A stretch of 64,000 bases of DNA from an uncultured Candidatus Poseidoniales archaeon. Lineage in GTDB: Archaea; Thermoplasmatota; Poseidoniia; Poseidoniales; Thalassarchaeaceae. The notes under the pieces are model-generated. The model saw only the letters and a list, made by a program, of their open reading frames with translations. It searched no databases and had not been told where the DNA came from. The translations under genes were made by a program, and so were the position numbers. The stretch is taken from assembly GCA_902511005.1 (NCBI GenBank), contig CABXDN010000001.1, positions 106,593-170,592 on the forward strand, read 5' to 3'. Shown in pieces: positions 37,489 through 47,903 of the stretch (position 1 is the first letter of the stretch; each line of letters opens with the position of its first letter).

Positions 37489-39561
37489 ATGATGGTGGAT
37501 TCGAAAACAAGTATTGCAATTTTATTATGTATTTCAATGGTACTTTCAGGATGTACAGTAGTAAATGATGAAATAACCGATGAAGTTTTTGAAATTTTAG
37601 GATGTACTGATGCTGATGCATTGAATTTTAATGAGAATGCCACAATAAATGATGCAAGTTGTTACTTTGAGGAGCCTATCGAAATACTTGACATACCACA
37701 TATTGATGGATGTGACAATACAAATTCAATACATTGTATGCTTCCTTTTCCTTCGGATGCATTTCTGATAAATGACCCAAATACAGTTACTGGTAAAAGA
37801 ATTCATTATTCTTCAAATACAATACCTAGTTCAGGCACTGTTAGCCCTATAGAAGTCCCAATACTTAATCAGATAGACGGAGTTAGTCCGAATACACAAA
37901 TTATGACTGCTTTTACGGTAGAGCCTGATGTATCAGAACTAGCAGGACAGTACAGTATTTCCAAAAGCTTAGAAAGCGGGCATCCTACGATTTTAATGAA
38001 TAAATTAACTGGAGAATTGGTTGCACATTGGGTTGAACTTGACATAAGATCTGAAATAGACCAGCCAACTATATTTCATATCAGAACAATTGAAGCATTG
38101 GAACATAATACACCTTATGTCGTAATAATATCTGGATTAACTGACCAAGTTGGAGAATTAGTACCAACTCCGGAAGGTTTTGCTGCAATAAAATATCAAC
38201 AACTTACTTCATCGCCAGATATTGAAAATAGAAGATCAGGTTTCCAAAACTTATTCTCTTGGATAGAATCCAATTCTGACATCTCAGTAAGTGACCTTCA
38301 AACTGCTTGGGAGTTCCATACCTCTTCAACAGAATCAATGATAGGACCATTACTCTCAATGAGAAATGATGCATTGGAAAGAATAGGAGATGGAATAGGA
38401 TGCACAGTGGAATCAAATACAGAGGTCTTCGATGAGGAAGGAAATAGGAGCCATTGGTTGATGACTGGTACTTTTACAACACCACAATATACTGAATCAT
38501 TCTTCCCACCAGCACTCATGAGAAGAACATCAATAGATGATAGAACTCCAATCTTTGTTGAGAATAGAGAAATTCCTTTCTGGTTAGTGATGCCAAATTC
38601 GGCAACAGAACAAGGACCTGCTAATCTAACAGTCTGGGGCCATGGATTCCTAGGGAATGGTAATACCTCTGATTTGAGTGGATGGGCAAATGAAAATAAT
38701 ATTGCAATGATAGGTACTAGTTTTTATGGCTGGGCAGATGATGATTTCACAAGTATAGAATATGCAGTTCTGAATATGCAATATTTCCAACATCAAGCCG
38801 AAAGACTGGAACAGGCCATGATAAATCAAGTAGTCATGATAAAAACCTTCACAGGAATATGCTCAGATTTATCCGAATATTATTCTGAAGATGGCAGTAA
38901 GTTAGTAGATACAACTAATCCAACCTATACTGGATATTCAAATGGAGCATTAAGAGGACCTTCGATAATAGCTCTTTCTCCTGACTTAGACAAAGGAGTA
39001 CTGTGGGCGGGAGGGTCTTCTTTCTCACACATTATTGAGAGGTGTACACAATATGATAAATTTCACTTTATTTTTGCTAGTGAATATGGCTATGAAAACC
39101 AACTAGATCGAGCGGTTGCAATGTCTATAATGCAATCATTATGGGATTCTACTGAGACAGACACATACTTGAGTCTCAGAGAAGAAGGCTATTTAGATCA
39201 AATAGAACCATTTAATTTAATGACGTTATTTTCTATAACTGATTTACAGATATCAAACATTTCATCATCAAGAATGATGAGGACAGGAGGAATACCCCTC
39301 CTTAACTCATCAACAATTACCCCATATGGGATAAGTATTGTTGAAGAAGGGCATGTTGGTTCAGTGGGTGTTTTCTTTGACGGAGGCTACATGCATGCCC
39401 CAGAGGGTAATGAATATGGACAAGAGCCTCATCCCGCTCACAACGCTATAGGAGCATTACCTATGGCAAGAGAAATGGCATTCCATTATCTTTCAACCGG
39501 TTCAGTAGTCGATACTTGTGAAGGAAATTGTGAATTTAGTCCGGATGACCTTGGATTTTAA
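37489..39561 (+). CDS. Secreted lipobox protein, putative alpha/beta-hydrolase-like enzyme
   Basis: Signal plus lipobox-like ISMVLSGC, a Cys-bounded module GCTDADALNFNENATINDASC, and a GYSNG (GxSxG) nucleophile-elbow candidate. No family was firmly recognised. The track start at 37459 is TTG; an ATG lies at 37489. Confidence 0.5.
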   Translation: MMVDSKTSIAILLCISMVLSGCTVVNDEITDEVFEILGCTDADALNFNENATINDASCYFEEPIEILDIPHIDGCDNTNSIHCMLPFPSDAFLINDPNTVTGKRIHYSSNTIPSSGTVSPIEVPILNQIDGVSPNTQIMTAFTVEPDVSELAGQYSISKSLESGHPTILMNKLTGELVAHWVELDIRSEIDQPTIFHIRTIEALEHNTPYVVIISGLTDQVGELVPTPEGFAAIKYQQLTSSPDIENRRSGFQNLFSWIESNSDISVSDLQTAWEFHTSSTESMIGPLLSMRNDALERIGDGIGCTVESNTEVFDEEGNRSHWLMTGTFTTPQYTESFFPPALMRRTSIDDRTPIFVENREIPFWLVMPNSATEQGPANLTVWGHGFLGNGNTSDLSGWANENNIAMIGTSFYGWADDDFTSIEYAVLNMQYFQHQAERLEQAMINQVVMIKTFTGICSDLSEYYSEDGSKLVDTTNPTYTGYSNGALRGPSIIALSPDLDKGVLWAGGSSFSHIIERCTQYDKFHFIFASEYGYENQLDRAVAMSIMQSLWDSTETDTYLSLREEGYLDQIEPFNLMTLFSITDLQISNISSSRMMRTGGIPLLNSSTITPYGISIVEEGHVGSVGVFFDGGYMHAPEGNEYGQEPHPAHNAIGALPMAREMAFHYLSTGSVVDTCEGNCEFSPDDLGF

Positions 39562-40176
39562 TCAGCCGACTGGTTCTCCACCTTCACCCAAAAAAGCAAG
39601 TCTCTTCAGACAATCATTTGACACAAGATAGTTTACAACAGATTGAGGTGTTGAGACTCCTAATACTGTATCAATAGCATCTTTATCATGAATTGTAGAA
39701 AGCATTCTAGCAGTTTCTCGAACCCTCCAGCCCTCATAGTCATCCCTTTTTATCAAAGGCATTGAGATTATATTCCAACCTGATTCTTCATATAATTCAC
39801 GAGAATAAGAATCACTACTGAAGAATATCCCTGGACCCCCATGATATTTCTCAGCATGTGATACCCAATTAGGAGGGTCTTCAATATCAGGTATAGCTAT
39901 TAAAACTGCGTCAAAATTTGCCTCATTTTCGAGCCAAGAAGAAATCATCTCGATTCTTTCCGTAGCGGACCAAGGATTCTGTAAAGTTTCAGGACGATTA
40001 GATGATCCAATAGCTATAATTAATTTCAAATTAGGATGATTTTTAATACGATTTTTTTCGGCTTCTTCGAGCATCATCGCATGCCCACGATGAAACGGCT
40101 GGAATCTTCCTAAAACTACAAAACCTGGGCTAACAGGGGAACTTGGAGGTGGAGGTAGGAGAGGTAATTCAGTCAT
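39562..40176 (-). CDS. nadM: Nicotinamide-nucleotide adenylyltransferase (archaeal NMNAT)
   Basis: VVLGRFQPFHRGHAMM (HxGH motif), IAIGSSNRPETLQNPWSATER, YEGWRVRE. This is similar in layout to the archaeal NMNAT as I recall it. Confidence 0.8.
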   Translation of the reverse strand: MTELPLLPPPPSSPVSPGFVVLGRFQPFHRGHAMMLEEAEKNRIKNHPNLKLIIAIGSSNRPETLQNPWSATERIEMISSWLENEANFDAVLIAIPDIEDPPNWVSHAEKYHGGPGIFFSSDSYSRELYEESGWNIISMPLIKRDDYEGWRVRETARMLSTIHDKDAIDTVLGVSTPQSVVNYLVSNDCLKRLAFLGEGGEPVG

Positions 40177-40855
40177 AATTCATCACCATTTTATCTACTA
40201 AATAAATACCATCGATAGACCAAAGGTTTGGCTCTAGATATTCCCGACCCAAAAGTAAACTGGTTTTCTCGGAGCGAAGATTATTGAAAAAAACATGTAA
40301 TGACTCGCTAGCCAATTTGTGAGCCTCCATAGTAGGTAATATCCTTGGATCATCAGAAGGGTCCATTGTTTCGCCTAAATTCTCTCTTCTTTTCATCCAA
40401 TCAAGAACTACGGATTCTGAATAACTTTTTCTGTCGGTTGAAGATAGAGTATTTGCGAAACTATTCCAAGTAGAGAACTCAAGGAATTCATCAGAACCAT
40501 CAATCGATTCGGGGAGCGATGGTTCGACATAAAGAAAAAGACGGGCTTCCCAACATCGCCATTCAGATTTAGAACACCATTTAGCCAATAAAATACCAAT
40601 TTTTGCGCGTTCATCAGAGGAAATATTTTGTTCCATTATCGATTTAGATAAATCTAATAATGGATTTCTATCTGACCATTCTAATATATCTCCTTCTAGA
40701 TCGACCTCAAAATCACGATGGAAACCTTGATCAAGTTCTGGCCTCTTTGTTCTCAATGTTTGATTTTCGACTTCATCGAGAATATCTTGAACCGGCATCA
40801 GACTTAATTCTTCGAAGAGAGACATATCTACTAAATTTAGTATCACATCTGCCAT
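40169..40855 (-). CDS. Hypothetical acidic protein
   Basis: 228-aa ORF with an ATG start and an 8-nt overlap with the downstream NMNAT gene, suggesting an operon. No family was recognised. Confidence 0.5.
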   Translation of the reverse strand: MADVILNLVDMSLFEELSLMPVQDILDEVENQTLRTKRPELDQGFHRDFEVDLEGDILEWSDRNPLLDLSKSIMEQNISSDERAKIGILLAKWCSKSEWRCWEARLFLYVEPSLPESIDGSDEFLEFSTWNSFANTLSSTDRKSYSESVVLDWMKRRENLGETMDPSDDPRILPTMEAHKLASESLHVFFNNLRSEKTSLLLGREYLEPNLWSIDGIYLVDKMVMNYD

Positions 40856-40975
40856 GGTCGCCCCTCAGGTCCATCCAAAGAGAAGTAGGGCATGAACTAT
40901 CGCTTAGTCCATTCAATTGAAGAATAGGTGTCTGGGCCATCAACATATTAATCAGACGCGATAAGGGGTTTAGGT

Positions 40976-42091
40976 ATGGCAACAATCGAGGAACAAATTA
41001 AGTCACTCGAAGATGAGATTGGTAAAACTCAGAAGAATAAAGCCACAAATGCACACATTGGTAAACTAAAAGCAAAGATTGCAGCGTTAAGAGCACGTAA
41101 AGAAAAAGCACAAGCTCACGCAAAGGCTAGTGGCGGTGGGCCGGGATTCGAAGTTAAAAAATCGGGAGATGCTTCGGTCGCATTAGTTGGTTTCCCTAGT
41201 GTTGGTAAATCTAGTCTGATATCTCAATTAACTGAAGTCGAGTCAGAAGTTGGGAATTTCGCATTTACTACTTTGACGTGTATACCTGGTTTAATGGAGC
41301 ATAGAGGGGCTAAAATTCAGATTCTTGACTTGCCCGGCTTGATTAAAGGAGCTTCTGATGGTAAAGGGAGAGGAAAAGAAATTCTGAATGTCATCAGAGG
41401 TGCTGACATGGTTCTGTATGTTCTAGATCCTTTTCAAGAATCACATTTCGACATTCTCGATTTAGAATTATGGAAATCTGGTATGAGATTAAACCAAAAA
41501 GAGCCTCAAGTATTTATCACTAGATCTAATAGAGGAGGAATTGTAGTAAGATCAACAGTAAAACAAACAAATCTAACTCATGAAGAAATACAAGAAATTG
41601 TAAGAAGTTTTGGAATTGTTTCAGCAACAGTGACACTAAGAACAAATGTCACTGACGATCATATTGTAGATACATTAGCAGGTAATAGAGTATACAGTAA
41701 TGCAGTAGTAGTGATCAATAAAGTTGACTTGGCTAATAAGGATGATATCGAAAGAACAATGGAAATGATACCTCATAATTGGCCGGTATTACAAGTTTCT
41801 GCGAAAACAGGGACAGGAATAGATAATATGAAAGATTTCATATTTGAAAATTTACATTTTATGTCCGTTTATCTGAAGCCACAGGGTCAAGAAGCGGACT
41901 TAGTCGAACCTTTAATTATCAAAGATACATCTACTGTGAGAGATGTTTGTGCTAAATTACATAGAGATTTTGTAAGAAAATTTAGATACGCTAGAGTAAA
42001 AGGACCTAGTGGGAAATTTGATTGGCAAAGAGTCGGATTAGACCATAGACTGAAGGATGGAGACATTCTATCTATAATTTTAAGAAGATAA
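40976..42091 (+). CDS. DRG-family (Obg-like) GTP-binding protein with TGS domain
   Basis: G1 GFPSVGKSS, G3 DLPGLI, G4 NKVD, and a C-terminal TGS-like segment (VRDVCAKLHRDF..RVGLDHRLKDGDIL). Confidence 0.9.
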   Translation: MATIEEQIKSLEDEIGKTQKNKATNAHIGKLKAKIAALRARKEKAQAHAKASGGGPGFEVKKSGDASVALVGFPSVGKSSLISQLTEVESEVGNFAFTTLTCIPGLMEHRGAKIQILDLPGLIKGASDGKGRGKEILNVIRGADMVLYVLDPFQESHFDILDLELWKSGMRLNQKEPQVFITRSNRGGIVVRSTVKQTNLTHEEIQEIVRSFGIVSATVTLRTNVTDDHIVDTLAGNRVYSNAVVVINKVDLANKDDIERTMEMIPHNWPVLQVSAKTGTGIDNMKDFIFENLHFMSVYLKPQGQEADLVEPLIIKDTSTVRDVCAKLHRDFVRKFRYARVKGPSGKFDWQRVGLDHRLKDGDILSIILRR

Positions 42092-42112
42092 GAATGAGTA
42101 AACATCAGAGCG

Positions 42113-42907
42113 ATGTATTCAGGAATAGAACCTCTACGGAATAACATGAACGAACGGCCCGGAGACATAGTCCCAATGGCCGAATTCGTTGGTTTAATTG
42201 ATTATTCCAGACGGAAGATAAAACTATTTATTGCAGTTTTTATAGCCGGAATGATCCTAGGTTACCCATTTTCGGGAGAAATTATTGATTGGTTGATGAA
42301 TGCAGATGGATATTTGCCAAATGGAGTAGAATTAATAATATTACAACCAATGGAAATTATTTTACTTCGATTAAGTATAGCCACTAAAATCGGTTTTATT
42401 CTAACCTTCGGGTTAATAATCTCAGATCTAGCATTAAATGGGAGAAAAATATTTGCTACGGCTAAAAGAGAGAAGATAAACAAAAGTAAACCTAGATTTT
42501 TCCAATTTACGATAGCGCTCATTTCGGCTTTTGGACTCGCCATAGTTGGAGGCATTTATGCACACAAAATATTGATACCAATGCTTCTTGAATTCTTAGC
42601 AAATGATGCCACTAATATAGGATTATCAAATACTTGGCAATTACAATCTTGGATGGGATTCATAGTAGGGCTATTCTTCGGGTCAATAATCAGTTTTCAA
42701 ACACCCTTGCTAGTATGGATATTGCTAAGAAATGGAATTGTTAGTAGGGTTATCATAACAGAAAATAGGGGTATTATTTGGTTTACCGCTATTGTATTAG
42801 GGGCATTGCTATCGCCTCCTGACCCACTATCAATGTTCCTAGTAGGAGGACCAATTATTCTATTATTGGAAATTGCATTAGTTTGCGACAAGGTAATCGA
42901 GAAATAA
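42113..42907 (+). CDS. tatC: Sec-independent (Tat) translocase subunit TatC
   Basis: 264 aa with six TM helices and the C-terminal LSPPDPLSM..P.ILLLEIAL pattern. Confidence 0.65.
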   Translation: MYSGIEPLRNNMNERPGDIVPMAEFVGLIDYSRRKIKLFIAVFIAGMILGYPFSGEIIDWLMNADGYLPNGVELIILQPMEIILLRLSIATKIGFILTFGLIISDLALNGRKIFATAKREKINKSKPRFFQFTIALISAFGLAIVGGIYAHKILIPMLLEFLANDATNIGLSNTWQLQSWMGFIVGLFFGSIISFQTPLLVWILLRNGIVSRVIITENRGIIWFTAIVLGALLSPPDPLSMFLVGGPIILLLEIALVCDKVIEK

Positions 42908-44761
42908 TTACTCATCATCTACAGTTAATCCACGGTTACGAGCATCTTCAGCTTGTGCGTCAATTCGGCCCTGGTCTACATCTACTAGACTCATCATTAA
43001 TGCACCAATTAGAATAAGTATTGAAATACTCAATACGCCAACTCGACTATCATACATTACAGTCATCGTACCATAAAGCAAAGGCCCTATTAGAGCTGCT
43101 ACTTTACCAAAGAATCCAAAGAATCCAAAGAATTCAGCACTTCTAGTTTCAGGAACCATTTGCCCAAATAGACTTCTTGCAAGGCCTTGTGAACCCCCTA
43201 GTAATGTACCCATTCCACAGCCTAAAAGAAGAAATTGAAGGCCTACTGTAAGGCCTAAAGGTGCCCATACCTTATCTCTTACAGTCTCAGGTATTACGTC
43301 AAGGACACCATCTCCTAAACTAGTGGGATGATCAGTACCCACGGTTAATTCACCGTCGAGTGAACCACCCTGTACGCTAGCACTGAATCTTGATTCAGCC
43401 ATAGATGAAAATAATTCGATTAATTCAGAATCGACAACATTCGTTAAAACAAATATTTCAGGAGTAGATTCTTCGTCTCCATATGACCATTTCTGAGTAC
43501 CTATCTTTTCATCTGTCTCAACAGGCAGTAAATGAGAGTAAGTAGACGCCCAATCTTGTTCATCAAATTGTCCATCTCCAAAATCAAATGTTTGTGCTAT
43601 GTCATGTGCATACCAGGAAATATGAACATTATAGACACTTGATTCTTCATCCCATTCATAGAGTATATCGTGATCATCATGAGCCTCAAGTGCTAAAGGA
43701 GCAAAAGATAGAGCAGCAAAACATAGCAAAACCCATCCAACTAGAGAAAAAGTTAGGGCTTTCTTTGTAGACCATCTTTCGGCTAATTTGGTAAAACCTA
43801 TTGCTGCAGGTGCAGCTACAAATTGAATAGCAAGTATTGTGACGATTAAATCAAATGTTGTTATTCCTAATACGGTTGCCCCAAATACTCCGCCAAGGGC
43901 AGTAACACTATTAATGCCATCAATAAAGAAAAAGTAAGCAAGCATGTAGATGAATAATGTTCTAAACTTACCTAATTCACTGAGTGTTTTCTTTATCTCC
44001 TTGAACGCTAAACGAGCAGAATCAACAACCCCCATTGATTCTATTTCGTTTTCAATTGGTGGTTCAGGAACCCACTTGAAAGTCAATAGGGCAAAACCAT
44101 ACCACCATATTCCAGAACTTGCCATAGCAAATTGCATGGCCCATGTAGCATAATCAGTACCCATCAAGAGAGCCAAATGGAATACCAGAAGAATTCCACC
44201 ACCAAAGTACCCATATGCAAATGCGAGATTGGATATACTATCCATTTCATCATCAGTACCCATGTGTGGAAGAAGTGCATTATAGAATACGCCCGCTCCA
44301 TTTAATCCAACATTAGCAATCACGAACATTACCATTAACCAAAGCCATTGTGTATCTACAGGTAAGAAAGGTGCTAAAGCGAGAAGGAAAGTCCCTCCTG
44401 CACCGACATAGGTCAGTATTCTTAGCCACCACATCTTAATCGCCCGTCTATCTGCAATTACACCAAAAGATGGACTGACAAGTGCGACCATGAGTGCAGC
44501 TGCTGAAACTGAATATGACCATAGAGCATCACCGGTCATTTCGATAGAACCTATAGTAGTAGTAAGACCGTTCGCTTCCAAGAATATTATTGCAAACCAA
44601 GATGGTAGAATCGCAGTGGTAACACTTGTTTCGAAAGCAGATTTACCCCAGTCATAAAACGCATAACCTTTCACTGCTTTGGGATCTGATTTCCGGTCTA
44701 GTTCAATTGTCTCTGACATGGGCATACCTACATACCGGTATACTTTTCGACACTTTAGCAT
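42908..44761 (-). CDS. MFS transporter, UMF1/Atg22-like family, with a roughly 150-aa hydrophilic insertion between the two halves
   Basis: N-terminal YAFYDWGKSAFETSV motif and about 12 TM helices. Alternative ATG starts are at 44725 and 44719. Confidence 0.65.
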   Translation of the reverse strand: MLKCRKVYRYVGMPMSETIELDRKSDPKAVKGYAFYDWGKSAFETSVTTAILPSWFAIIFLEANGLTTTIGSIEMTGDALWSYSVSAAALMVALVSPSFGVIADRRAIKMWWLRILTYVGAGGTFLLALAPFLPVDTQWLWLMVMFVIANVGLNGAGVFYNALLPHMGTDDEMDSISNLAFAYGYFGGGILLVFHLALLMGTDYATWAMQFAMASSGIWWYGFALLTFKWVPEPPIENEIESMGVVDSARLAFKEIKKTLSELGKFRTLFIYMLAYFFFIDGINSVTALGGVFGATVLGITTFDLIVTILAIQFVAAPAAIGFTKLAERWSTKKALTFSLVGWVLLCFAALSFAPLALEAHDDHDILYEWDEESSVYNVHISWYAHDIAQTFDFGDGQFDEQDWASTYSHLLPVETDEKIGTQKWSYGDEESTPEIFVLTNVVDSELIELFSSMAESRFSASVQGGSLDGELTVGTDHPTSLGDGVLDVIPETVRDKVWAPLGLTVGLQFLLLGCGMGTLLGGSQGLARSLFGQMVPETRSAEFFGFFGFFGKVAALIGPLLYGTMTVMYDSRVGVLSISILILIGALMMSLVDVDQGRIDAQAEDARNRGLTVDDE

Positions 44762-44821
44762 TGGGGCGGATGAATCTAAAAAAAACGCTTAATTAATTAT
44801 TAGAAGCACGGCCGTTAATGT

Positions 44822-45955
44822 ATGGAGGAAACTCTAGATTGGGTCCGCCCAAGAGAAAATACTGTCGAAGCATTAGTTTATGGCATGGAACAGTCGGATG
44901 GAGTTGAACTAGATTTACGATTGACAGAGGACGATATGCTAGTCCTACATCATGATTCAAAAACAGAGTTTGGAGAATATCCGGAGTGCCTAACAATTAA
45001 TGATTTACCTGAATATGTAGAGACCATGGATAAATTATTAGAAAATAAAGATTTTATTCGTCGTTGGACAGAAGAAGGGGCATTTACTTGTATAGAGTTC
45101 AAAACACCACACCCATCTAGTGGTAAGGCAGGTGGATGGTTCGATGGTAGAGAAAAAGAACAACATATGATTAAGATGATTCAAAAATTAGATGAGTTAT
45201 TACAACCAATAGAAAGAAGCAGTAGTAGTACTGTAATTTATTCATTTGATCCAAAGATTATTTCTGCTTCTAAGAAAATTAAAAATAATCTTGAATTTAG
45301 TAGATTACGACCTAATATTAGGTCATGGGGCAATTGGACGACTCAAAGAATTATGGCAACACCTTCCTTCTTAGCAAATTCCTTACCTAAATTAATGGAT
45401 AAACAGAGAAAAGAAGGCTCTCCTATGCTGCCTTGTTCACTCCAATACTTGAAAGGTATCGAGAGTAACATCAATCTCGGCTGGACAGTAGGCTTGGAAG
45501 GTAAAAAATTAGAGAGGTTAACAAGATATAGAAGAGGTTATCCAGTTTATGTCTGGCCCTCAAAATCAGATTCAGAAAGATTGTTACTAGATGCAGGGTT
45601 AACAGGTCTTACTGATGATTTATCACCTAATTCAGTTACTTTAGATTCAGGTCATGCGCGTTGGATAAAACCTGCAACTCAACCTTTGACAGATGAAATG
45701 AGAAAAGAATTAGATGAAACACCTATGAAGGAACATGCCTCAAAAATTTCTGAATTACAGAAGGAAATTTCCCCGTGGCATGAACTATCGGATAGTGAAA
45801 GAAGGACATTTATTGAAAGATGGAAGAAAAAATGGTTATGGGAAAGAGAGATAGGCACACTGTTAAGTGAAACTGCTGAATCAAGTCTTCCTTGGGAAGT
45901 TTCTAGAATAATTGGGCATAGAGGAACTGGGAAATCACACAGAGGTGGTTCTTGA
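44822..45955 (+). CDS. Glycerophosphodiester phosphodiesterase (GDPD)-like protein, apparently circularly permuted
   Basis: The N-terminus starts at the ENT block (RENTVEALVYGMEQSDGVELDLRLTEDDMLVLHHD; CIEFKTP). The IIGHRGTG block, which normally comes first, sits at the extreme C-terminus. Confidence 0.6.
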   Translation: MEETLDWVRPRENTVEALVYGMEQSDGVELDLRLTEDDMLVLHHDSKTEFGEYPECLTINDLPEYVETMDKLLENKDFIRRWTEEGAFTCIEFKTPHPSSGKAGGWFDGREKEQHMIKMIQKLDELLQPIERSSSSTVIYSFDPKIISASKKIKNNLEFSRLRPNIRSWGNWTTQRIMATPSFLANSLPKLMDKQRKEGSPMLPCSLQYLKGIESNINLGWTVGLEGKKLERLTRYRRGYPVYVWPSKSDSERLLLDAGLTGLTDDLSPNSVTLDSGHARWIKPATQPLTDEMRKELDETPMKEHASKISELQKEISPWHELSDSERRTFIERWKKKWLWEREIGTLLSETAESSLPWEVSRIIGHRGTGKSHRGGS

Positions 45956-47125
45956 TTACTCTAATCTTCTCAGAGGTTGATTTTTAGGGATATATTTAGG
46001 CCTATAAATTGGAGTTCCTCTACCATCTCTAGCATTTCTTTCATCTAATATTTGCGCACTAATTCCGGCGACACGCGCCCATCCAAAGAAAGTAGTATAG
46101 TACTCTGGCATTCTAAATCCAACAGAATGAAGAAGACTACCACTGGCGATATCTACATTTGGATATGGATTGCTTATCTTAGGTATTTCACTAAGTATTG
46201 GAGGGACTACCTCTCGTAATGCTCTGACAATTTTGAAATTATCATCATCTGGACAAATTTCCTCTCCAAGCTCAATCAGTAAGCGTGCACGAGGATCTTC
46301 TGCCCTCAGAACACCATGTCCAAATCCGTATATTGGGCGTCTATTTTCTAATTCTGTACGAACAAAATCCTCGATTTCTTGATGGTCTGAAGTCCCTATC
46401 CTTTGTACAAACTCAAGGCATGCTTGGTTTGCCCTACCATGAAGTGGACCTGAAAGTGCATTCATTGCACTAGAAATAGATGGGTAAATTGATGCCCAAC
46501 CTGATGCTACAGCTTTACCGGAAAAAGTGGATAAGTTTCCTCCTCCATGATCCATATGAAGGATGAAGAAAAAGCGTAAAACTCTCTCTATGTCTCTGGC
46601 TTTCTGACCTTCATATCCCATCATGTGTACGAAATTTTCCACCAATCCGAGACCAGGTCTACGTGGTTGTAACTTCTCTTTTTCACCACCTCTTAATCTA
46701 AAAATTCTAGCCATTAGTTCAGGCATTCTAGCAATCAAATTCATTGCATCAGCTCTTGTGTCGCCAGTATTCTCAGCAGCACCAAGAGCCATTATACCAA
46801 TAGAAAGCCAGTCCATTGGATGCCCGCTACCTGGAGTTAGTGATTCTAAAACTCGGAGAGCACCAGTAGGTATATTTTCTCCTCTCTGTGTCAATTCAGC
46901 ATGAAATTCTTGAGCTTCTTCTTCGGTAGGAAGACGTTTGTGCATCAATAAAAATATTACATCTTCCTCTTCCATATTTACTAGATCTTCAACAGGGTAA
47001 CCAACATAGTGGACACCTTCAAGAGGATCAACAAAAGATGTTTGACATGTACCTACTGGAACTCCTCGTAAACCTGAATCTAAATTTCTACTAGTAATCG
47101 TAAACAATACATCTTCACTACTCAT
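45956..47125 (-). CDS. gltA: Citrate synthase
   Basis: LHMDHGGGNLSTF, GPLHGRANQ, GFGHGVLRAEDPRA, FGWARVAG. Confidence 0.9.
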   Translation of the reverse strand: MSSEDVLFTITSRNLDSGLRGVPVGTCQTSFVDPLEGVHYVGYPVEDLVNMEEEDVIFLLMHKRLPTEEEAQEFHAELTQRGENIPTGALRVLESLTPGSGHPMDWLSIGIMALGAAENTGDTRADAMNLIARMPELMARIFRLRGGEKEKLQPRRPGLGLVENFVHMMGYEGQKARDIERVLRFFFILHMDHGGGNLSTFSGKAVASGWASIYPSISSAMNALSGPLHGRANQACLEFVQRIGTSDHQEIEDFVRTELENRRPIYGFGHGVLRAEDPRARLLIELGEEICPDDDNFKIVRALREVVPPILSEIPKISNPYPNVDIASGSLLHSVGFRMPEYYTTFFGWARVAGISAQILDERNARDGRGTPIYRPKYIPKNQPLRRLE

Positions 47126-47279
47126 ATAGCATCACAAAGTCGACTCCCCATGTGAACAAGTGATAATATCTCCTATATTACGATTAGAAATATAAATATC
47201 GAATTATTAGTTTAAAATAACATAATTACACATTTATATTCCGCAATAGTGAAAGAGCCATCACTTGGGCCTGAGAAAT

Positions 47280-47900
47280 ATGTCAAGGTGGCGTGAGCGT
47301 CTAGACGAATTCGATGAAGAGCATCGAATCATGCTAGAGGGAGGGTCGATTAGTCGGCTTTTTCTAGGATATCCGTTATCCTTTTCACATCCAGTATTCA
47401 TCGGTATTATTTACGCTCTGATGATAAATTTGACCCTGATACTACCAACGGTGTATGATGGTTATATAAATTCTAGAGAGTTGGATTATATTATTGAAAT
47501 TTGGCTTAATGAAAGTCTGATTATCATATTTATATGTGGTTTTTTAGGCGGTTCTTCTAGCGTGATGTCATCAATTTTCAAGAGACCCCCCGTTAGGTTG
47601 GAAAAAAGAAGAAGATATATTTATCCACTCCCATTTATTGGATTTTTGATAACTACAATTGCAATTTCTTTTTCAACACCCGATTCCATAGAATGGATAG
47701 GATATTCATTAATTATTCTACCAGGACCCCTATATATCCAATTATCTTACGCTCCAAGATGGAGGATTCTAGAAAGAATTGATAGAGATTTAGATCCTTT
47801 TGAAGGAATGTCTATGACGATTTATCCAGATAATGAAAAAGATGAGATTGTTGAGAAGAATAACATTGAGATCGAAAATGCAATCGAAGAATTAGATTGA
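47280..47900 (+). CDS. Hypothetical membrane protein
   Basis: ORF with 4-5 TM helices. The track start at 47265 is TTG; the first ATG is at 47280. Confidence 0.45.
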   Translation: MSRWRERLDEFDEEHRIMLEGGSISRLFLGYPLSFSHPVFIGIIYALMINLTLILPTVYDGYINSRELDYIIEIWLNESLIIIFICGFLGGSSSVMSSIFKRPPVRLEKRRRYIYPLPFIGFLITTIAISFSTPDSIEWIGYSLIILPGPLYIQLSYAPRWRILERIDRDLDPFEGMSMTIYPDNEKDEIVEKNNIEIENAIEELD

Positions 47901-47903
47901 TTA

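Noticed and set aside
43107-43133. Perfect 9-nt tandem repeat ccaaagaat x3
   Set aside because: It is in frame within the MFS gene (encodes FFGFFGFFG in a TM helix). It is a short coding repeat, not a regulatory or CRISPR-like element.
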